Shown here in pieces: positions 56,973 through 64,000 of a stretch of DNA of 64,000 nt. Position numbers and translations under genes: made by a program. The stretch lies in assembly GCF_009914755.1 (NCBI RefSeq), contig NC_060925.1; one strand, written 5' to 3'. The notes below the pieces were generated by a model. It saw only the letters and a list, made by a program, of their open reading frames with translations, did no database searches and was not told where the DNA came from. Source of the stretch: the human T2T-CHM13v2.0 reference genome, Homo sapiens. Each line of letters starts with the position of its first letter. Position 1 is the first letter of the stretch.

Positions 56973-58223
56973 AACTCCTATTCAGTAAATGGCACTGGGA
57001 AAACTGGCTAGCCATATGCAGAAAACTGAAACTGGACCCCTTCTTTACACCTTACACAAAACTTAACTCAAGATGGATTAAAGACTTAAGTGTAAAACCC
57101 AAAACCATAAAAACCCTAGAAGAAAACCTAGGCAATACCATCCAGGATATAGGCATGGGCAAAGACTTCATGACAAAAACGCCAAAAGCGATTGCAACAA
57201 AAGCCAAAATTGACAAATGGGATCTAATTAAACTAAAGAGCTTCTGCACAGCAAAAGAAACTATCGTCACAGTGAACAGGCAACCTACAGAATGGGAGAA
57301 AAGTTTTGCAATCTACCCACCTGACAAAGGTCTAATATCCAGAATTTACAAGGAACTTAAACACATTTACAAGAAAAATACAAACAACCCCATCAAGAAG
57401 TGGGGAAAGGATATGAACAGACAAGTCACAAAGGAAGACATTTATGCAGCCAACGAACATATTTTAAAAAGCTCAATATCACTCCTCATCAGAGAAATGC
57501 AAATCAAAACCACAATGAAATACCATCTCATGCCAGTCAGAAAGGCAATTATTAAAAAGTCAAGAAACAATAGTTGCTGGTGAGGCTGCAAAGAAATAGG
57601 AATGCTCTTACACTCTTGGTGGGAATGTAAATAAGTTCAACTACTGTGGAAGACAATATGGTGATTCCTCAAGGATCTAGAGCCAGAAATACCATTTGAC
57701 CCAGCAATCCCATTACTGGCTATATACCCAAAGGAATATAAATCATTCTGCTATAAAGACACATGCACACGTATGTTTATTGCAGGACTGTTTATGATAG
57801 CAAAGTCATGGAACCAACCCAAATGTCCATCAATGATGGACTGGATATAGAAAATGTGGTACATATATACCATGGAATACTATGCAGCCACAAAAAGGAA
57901 TGAGATCATGTTCTTTGCAGGGACATGGATGAAGCTGGAAGCCATCATCCTCAGCAAACTAACACAGGAACAGAAAACCAAACACCGCATGTTCTCACTC
58001 ATAAGTGGGAGTTGAACATTAATAACACATGGACACAGAGAGGGGAACAACACACACCAGGGCCTGTCGAGGGGTTGGGGGGTGAGGGGAGGGAACTTAG
58101 AGGACAGGTCAGTAGATGCAGCAAATCACCATGGCACACGTATACCTGTGTAACAAACTTGCACGTTCTGTTCATGTATCCCATTTTTTTAGAAGAAGTA
58201 AAGAAAACAAAAAGAAATGAAAA
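56973..58223 (+). mobile_element. 5'-truncated L1PA (ORF2 C-terminus plus 3' UTR)
   Basis: The ORF at 57155-57583 ([35 protein letters not shown]...) is L1 ORF2p, broken by a premature stop; agaact flanks. Confidence 0.95.
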
Positions 58224-58229
58224 GAACTA

Positions 58230-59550
58230 GAAATAAAAAATTGAGTAACTGAAATTTTTTAAAAAACTTAAAACTTTAAAAACAGCCAAAACAGAGAGTT
58301 AATGAACTGAAATATAAATATAAAGAAATTCATGTGACTGGAGAGAAAAAGGGATGAAAAATGTGAAAGAGAGATGAAGAGATATGGAAAAGATAAAGAG
58401 AAGGTCAACATGTTTCAGAAAGGGAGACAAGAGAGAATGGGCCAAAAGAAATATTTTTCTGAAACAAATGACTCGGTATTTTTCCGAATTGAAGAAAGAC
58501 ATGAATGTTTAGATTCAAGAAGCACAACTACAGTATCTCAAACTATTAAATTTAACACACACATACACTGAAGAATAAGTAAGCCTTCAAAGCAACCAGT
58601 AAGAAAAGGCAAATTACTTAGACTCATAACAGACTTCTCAAGAGAGACCAGGTAGAATATGGAATATCATTACCAAAGAGTTGAAGGAAAATATTGGGGA
58701 AACTAGAACTTAATTTTCAGCTAAAGAATTATTGAAAACTGAAGGTTAAGTGAGGATTTTGAGATGAAGACTAAGCCTCAAAGAGCTACTAAAGAAAGAA
58801 TAACATCAAACCCAAAAAGAAATAGTGTGTGCAAAAAGCATTTTTCCTCTTGCAAATGGTACCAACATGAGTAAATTAAGGTTTTAAAATTTTCGCTTTT
58901 ATAAGCTATAAAAGACGTAAATTCGAATAATCATTGTCTATACCAGACAATAAGTAAAAATAACAATTAATCAGGGAAGAACATGAAAAAAGGAACTAAA
59001 ATACTAGGCAAGAAAAACATAAAGAGAGAGTGAACAGAGATTGGGGATGGGCTAAGGCATAAAGTCTAGAGTTCCTATGTTATTGAAGAGTAGCATAGAG
59101 ACTTTTTATTAATTCTGGATTTTTCTAAGTCAGGTAAAAAGTAAAGAGGTTAAGAGTAAATACCAAATAAAAAGGAATAGAAGGAAATAAACTCCATTAA
59201 TCCAATAGAAGGAAAGGACGGGGGAAAACAAATAAGAAAAACAGCATGGTTTATGCAAAACACAAATTAGGATTATAGAAATAAATCCAAATATATCAGT
59301 AATCACAATAAATGTAAGCAAAATAAACAATTGGGTTCAAATAGAGATATTGCAATTAAACCAACAAATCCAGCTACATGCTACTTGAATGAGATACGTT
59401 TAGATCATCATAATAAAAAAAATATACTGAAAAAATACTAACTAAAAGAAAGCCTGTGTAACTCTATTAATATCCATCAAAAGAGGCCTTAAGAAAAAAT
59501 GTGTTATTTGGACAAAGAGGGTCACCACAAATAGAATAATTCTTCAAAAA
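58230..59550 (+). mobile_element. Very old L1M ORF1 / 5' ORF2 remnants
   Basis: A-rich strand bias; motifs cagattcaagaagcaca-like and ccaaatatatcagtaatcacaataaatgta. Confidence 0.55.
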
Positions 59551-59945
59551 GTTACTTTGCTAAAAAGCAAGATTTTGTCCATAAAACCATTTTCTCACAA
59601 CTTTCATTGCAACCTTTAGACAAGTGTTTTTACTAGGGAAAAAAATAACAACACCTTCTTATCCCACCTCCCAAGTAAATCATATCTAAAATTACTAAGT
59701 TTTGTTCTCGTCTTTCTTTTTAAATTAACCCCATGGCAATCTAAAAGCTGCTTAAAATGTTCAGTAATGTCAAAGGAAAAGGATTCATATTCAGTACTTG
59801 TGTTATTTTATTTATTAAATCCTGATTGCAAAGAGCAGCAAAAGGAATTACAGATTTAAGTGAGGGTTCTCTGTAGGTTGAGAACACTGATTCTCGTGTA
59901 TTAGCAATTACATTAAATATTATAAAAGAAAAATGTCCAGGCTTA

Positions 59946-59997
59946 AGAGTAGGTAGTTTCAGAAACAGAGTAGGTAGTTTCAGAAACAGAGTAGGTA
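59946..59997. repeat. 21-bp tandem repeat, 2.5 perfect copies
   Basis: (agagtaggtagtttcagaaac)x2 followed by agagtaggta. Confidence 0.95.
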
Positions 59998-60566
59998 TTT
60001 CTTATGCCAGATTTCAAATACGTATTTTATAATCCACAGGCATTTCGATTAGCTTTCTTTCTTTCTTTACTTTTTCTGTTTGTGAAATAATATGATTGTG
60101 CCATACATAAAGTAGGGATAACAATACCTGCTCTACCTAGCATGGGGCTATTGTGAGGATAAAACTAAATAATATACGTGAAAGCCCTTCACACACCTTT
60201 TAGTACTATGTAAACATATGGTGTTATTCTTATTTTGAACCCATGCTCCTATGGTGGATTGTTAGTATTAAAAGTTTTACCCGCCACTTCTTAAACATGC
60301 CTGTAATATCTCACTTATCTGTTATTGTACACTTTGTCTAACCTTTAAGAGTAAAACTACCATCATTTATACATTTACATAAGTAAATGGTAACGGTAAA
60401 AGAGTTCACACCATTCACCTTTCTATCACTGAACATGCTACATATATATCCAAAATGAAGAAAAACTAGTGTTAAGTGTTTAGTGTAAAAAATGATTTTT
60501 CTTAGTAATGGGTTTTGGAGCTCTTGCAAGCATGAGACCAGAATGTCTTGCCATGCCTTGCTATGG

Positions 60567-60850
60567 TTTTAGACAGGGTCTCATTCTGTTGCCCAGGCTG
60601 GAGTGCAGTGGCGCAATCTCAGCTCACTGCAGCCTCTACTTCCCCGGCTCAAGCCATCCTAGCACCTCAGCCCCCAGGTAGCTGGGACTACAGGCATGCA
60701 TCACCACAGTTGGCTAATTTTTGTATTTTTAATAGAGACGGGGTTTTGCCCTGTTGCCCAGGCTCGTCTAAAACCCCAGAGCTCAAGCAATCCTCCCACC
60801 TCAGCCTCCCAAAGTTCTGGGATTACAGGCATGAGCCACTGCACCGGGCC
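60567..60850 (-). mobile_element. Alu (AluJ-like), almost no tail
   Basis: Alu reverse complement. Confidence 0.93.
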
Positions 60851-61059
60851 TTATTCTGAATTCTTGAGATGGCTGACATGAGTTAGAAAATACAAAACAA
60901 ACAAAAAATAATAATAAAAGAAAGTAATTGGGACACTAATAGAGTCATTGGCCAGAAGTCAGTGGGAAGCGTGGTCCCCATGCAGATGGAGTCTGAGTGC
61001 ATCAGCCAGGACAGCGTATCAATTATGCTCCTCACAACAGGAGATCAGGGCGGTGCATT

Positions 61060-61660
61060 TCTATAACCACCACAGCAATGGAGAAGCCGGACAACACCGT
61101 GACTGGGATGAAAATAAATGTCACTAATGAGAGGCAGACCAATGCGTGGATCTCTGGATATAATATGACACCACACTGCTTCTGTGGTATTCCTGCCGAA
61201 AATGCATACCCTGAATCTAATAATGAGGAAACACCAATCCAGATTAAGGGGCTATCCGTAAAATAATGACCAGTATTCTTCCAAAATCTCAGTCATGAAA
61301 GACAAAGAAAGGCTGAGGGACTGTTCCAGATTAAAGGAAACAAGAGGTGCGACAACTAAATTCAACAGTGACCCTGGATTGGATCCTGTGTGAGAGGGGA
61401 AAGAATGCTATAAAGAGAATTGTTGGGACAATTGATGAGCTGGATTATGGACTGCAGATTTGATGAAAGCATTGCATCAATATTAAAGTTCCTGAATTTG
61501 AACACTGTGTTGTGATTACATAAGAGATTATTCTTGTTCTTAGGAAATATGCACTGAAGTTGCATATTTATGCAACTTTTATGCCCTTTATGCCTTATAA
61601 TATTTGTATTATACCCCTTTCATAATAGTATATGCAATCTTCTCTTGAATAGTTTAGTAA
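61060..61660 (+). mobile_element. Old L1M 3' UTR fragment
   Basis: aaagacaaagaaaggctgagggactgttccagattaaagga motif. Confidence 0.7.
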
Positions 61661-62972
61661 AATAAATTCTGTAAATCAGAGAGAGAATATGAAGGGCATC
61701 TTCTGAAAGGTACAGTAATTGAGATGCATGTCCAACTGCTGATTTCACCAATGATCAAATACTGCATCAAGGCATGAAAAGTACATGAGTGGTATTAAAA
61801 CACATTATTAACACGGACTCTCTTGGCTTCTAGCCAGTGAAATGAAAGAGGTGCTGAGTCCAGATTTTATGAGGTAACTATCTTTTAAAAATCATGATTT
61901 GGTGATTCATTATTGCACATGCCAGAAACTCCACCCCAGTGGATGCAATTATCTTTTTTTAAAAAAGCTAGTTAGATAAGATTATAATTGTGGGCAAGCT
62001 GACTTGGATTCATTAACCAATACTGCCACACTGGTTTACTGTAAAGGGGGCAGAAAGGAGGGGATAATCGGCTACTAGTGTATATTTTCAGCTATAGAAA
62101 TTTAAAAATAGATAGTAGGTCAAGAAGAACACACCGAGACATTTGAGATGTTCATATCAAACTAATTTTCATAATTCTTGCACAAAAAACAGGCTTATTA
62201 CTTTAAGTTTTCTCTCCATTCACCCAATGTGTCCAGTTTATCCTTTTCAAAGCTTGTTCACGTTCATTTACTCCTAGATATTACATCAGCCTTGTGAACT
62301 ACCCAGCTGTAAAGACAAGCTGCCCACTCAGGCGGTTACTACTGTGTAACCTTGGACAAATTACGTAACCTTTCTGCACTCTCAGTTTTATTATCCCTGT
62401 ATTACAGATAAGGATTCTGAGACTTGGAGCAGCTTAACAACTTGTCTAAATCACTAAGCAATTTAGTGTTAGAGCTGGGAACTTCTATGGGGCTTTCGAC
62501 TCCCCCACCAAGGTAAAAATTATTTTCCATTGAACACCAGCATTATTTGAGTTCAAGGAATGTTGCTTAACAAGGTGTTGTTTGAAAATAGAAGTCACAT
62601 TTCTCATTAAGTAGGCTAAACATTTTTTTCTGCCATTCAATTCTATTCAATAAGCATTCATTTGGAAGGCAGGCAGCGGAAAGGGAAAAATGGAGAAGGC
62701 TTTGGAGTCAGAAGCTTTGGATTTGAATCCAGGTTCTCTACTTACTCTGTGTTCAATTTTCTTTTTGGTAAAATGGAGATCCTGTTATGTAATCTGTATG
62801 TTTGCTGAGATGAGTGGCAACAATAGATGGACATAGTGTGCATTCAACCAAATATAGCTTTTTAAAAATATGTTATTTGTTGATAGCCTGCTATTCACCA
62901 GGAACTTTACTAGGCACATGAAACACAGAGACAGAAAACAGTCCTTATGGAGGGGGCTCCAAGAATTAGTAA

Positions 62973-63277
<305 letters not shown>

Positions 63278-63300
63278 TAGTAATACAGTAAGCATACTAA

Positions 63301-64000
<700 letters not shown>

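Noticed and set aside
57155-57583. 142-aa ORF resembling a known protein
   Set aside because: It is a broken L1 ORF2p C-terminal fragment in a 5'-truncated element, not a host gene.
59946-59997. miR-196-like miRNA gene
   Set aside because: Only 12 nt match, and no complementary arm to form a pre-miRNA hairpin.

Overview
Primate (almost certainly human) genomic DNA containing the 5' part of LPAR3 (lysophosphatidic acid receptor 3, EDG7) on the minus strand. It holds a CpG-island promoter with a short non-coding exon 1 (~41624-41815), a ~26.9 kb intron 1, and the first coding exon 2 (13987-14743; ATG at 14722; TM1-TM5 and the start of TM6). Intron 2 runs off the left edge, so the last coding exon is not in the window. 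The rest is intronic or upstream intergenic DNA dense in transposons: about 28 Alus, old L1M and younger L1P pieces, L2/MIR, MaLR LTRs, solo LTR10-type and LTR12 LTRs, and MER85, MER20, MER1A and MER5A. No other real protein-coding gene is visible; nearly all other ORFs in the track are Alu-, L1- or GC-rich artefacts. The most interesting signal is the reading-frame layout around the LPAR3 start. (i) Back-splicing of exon 2, which is flanked by inverted Alus, would give a circle whose ORF wraps past its own start and encodes a 254-aa, 5-TM truncated receptor. (ii) Two upstream ORFs in the two alternative frames both stop on top of the main ATG. (iii) An alternative exon-1 donor 7 nt upstream would turn one uORF into an in-frame 24-aa N-terminal extension. 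Repeat subfamily names come from memory of consensus sequences, and boundaries of old elements are approximate.
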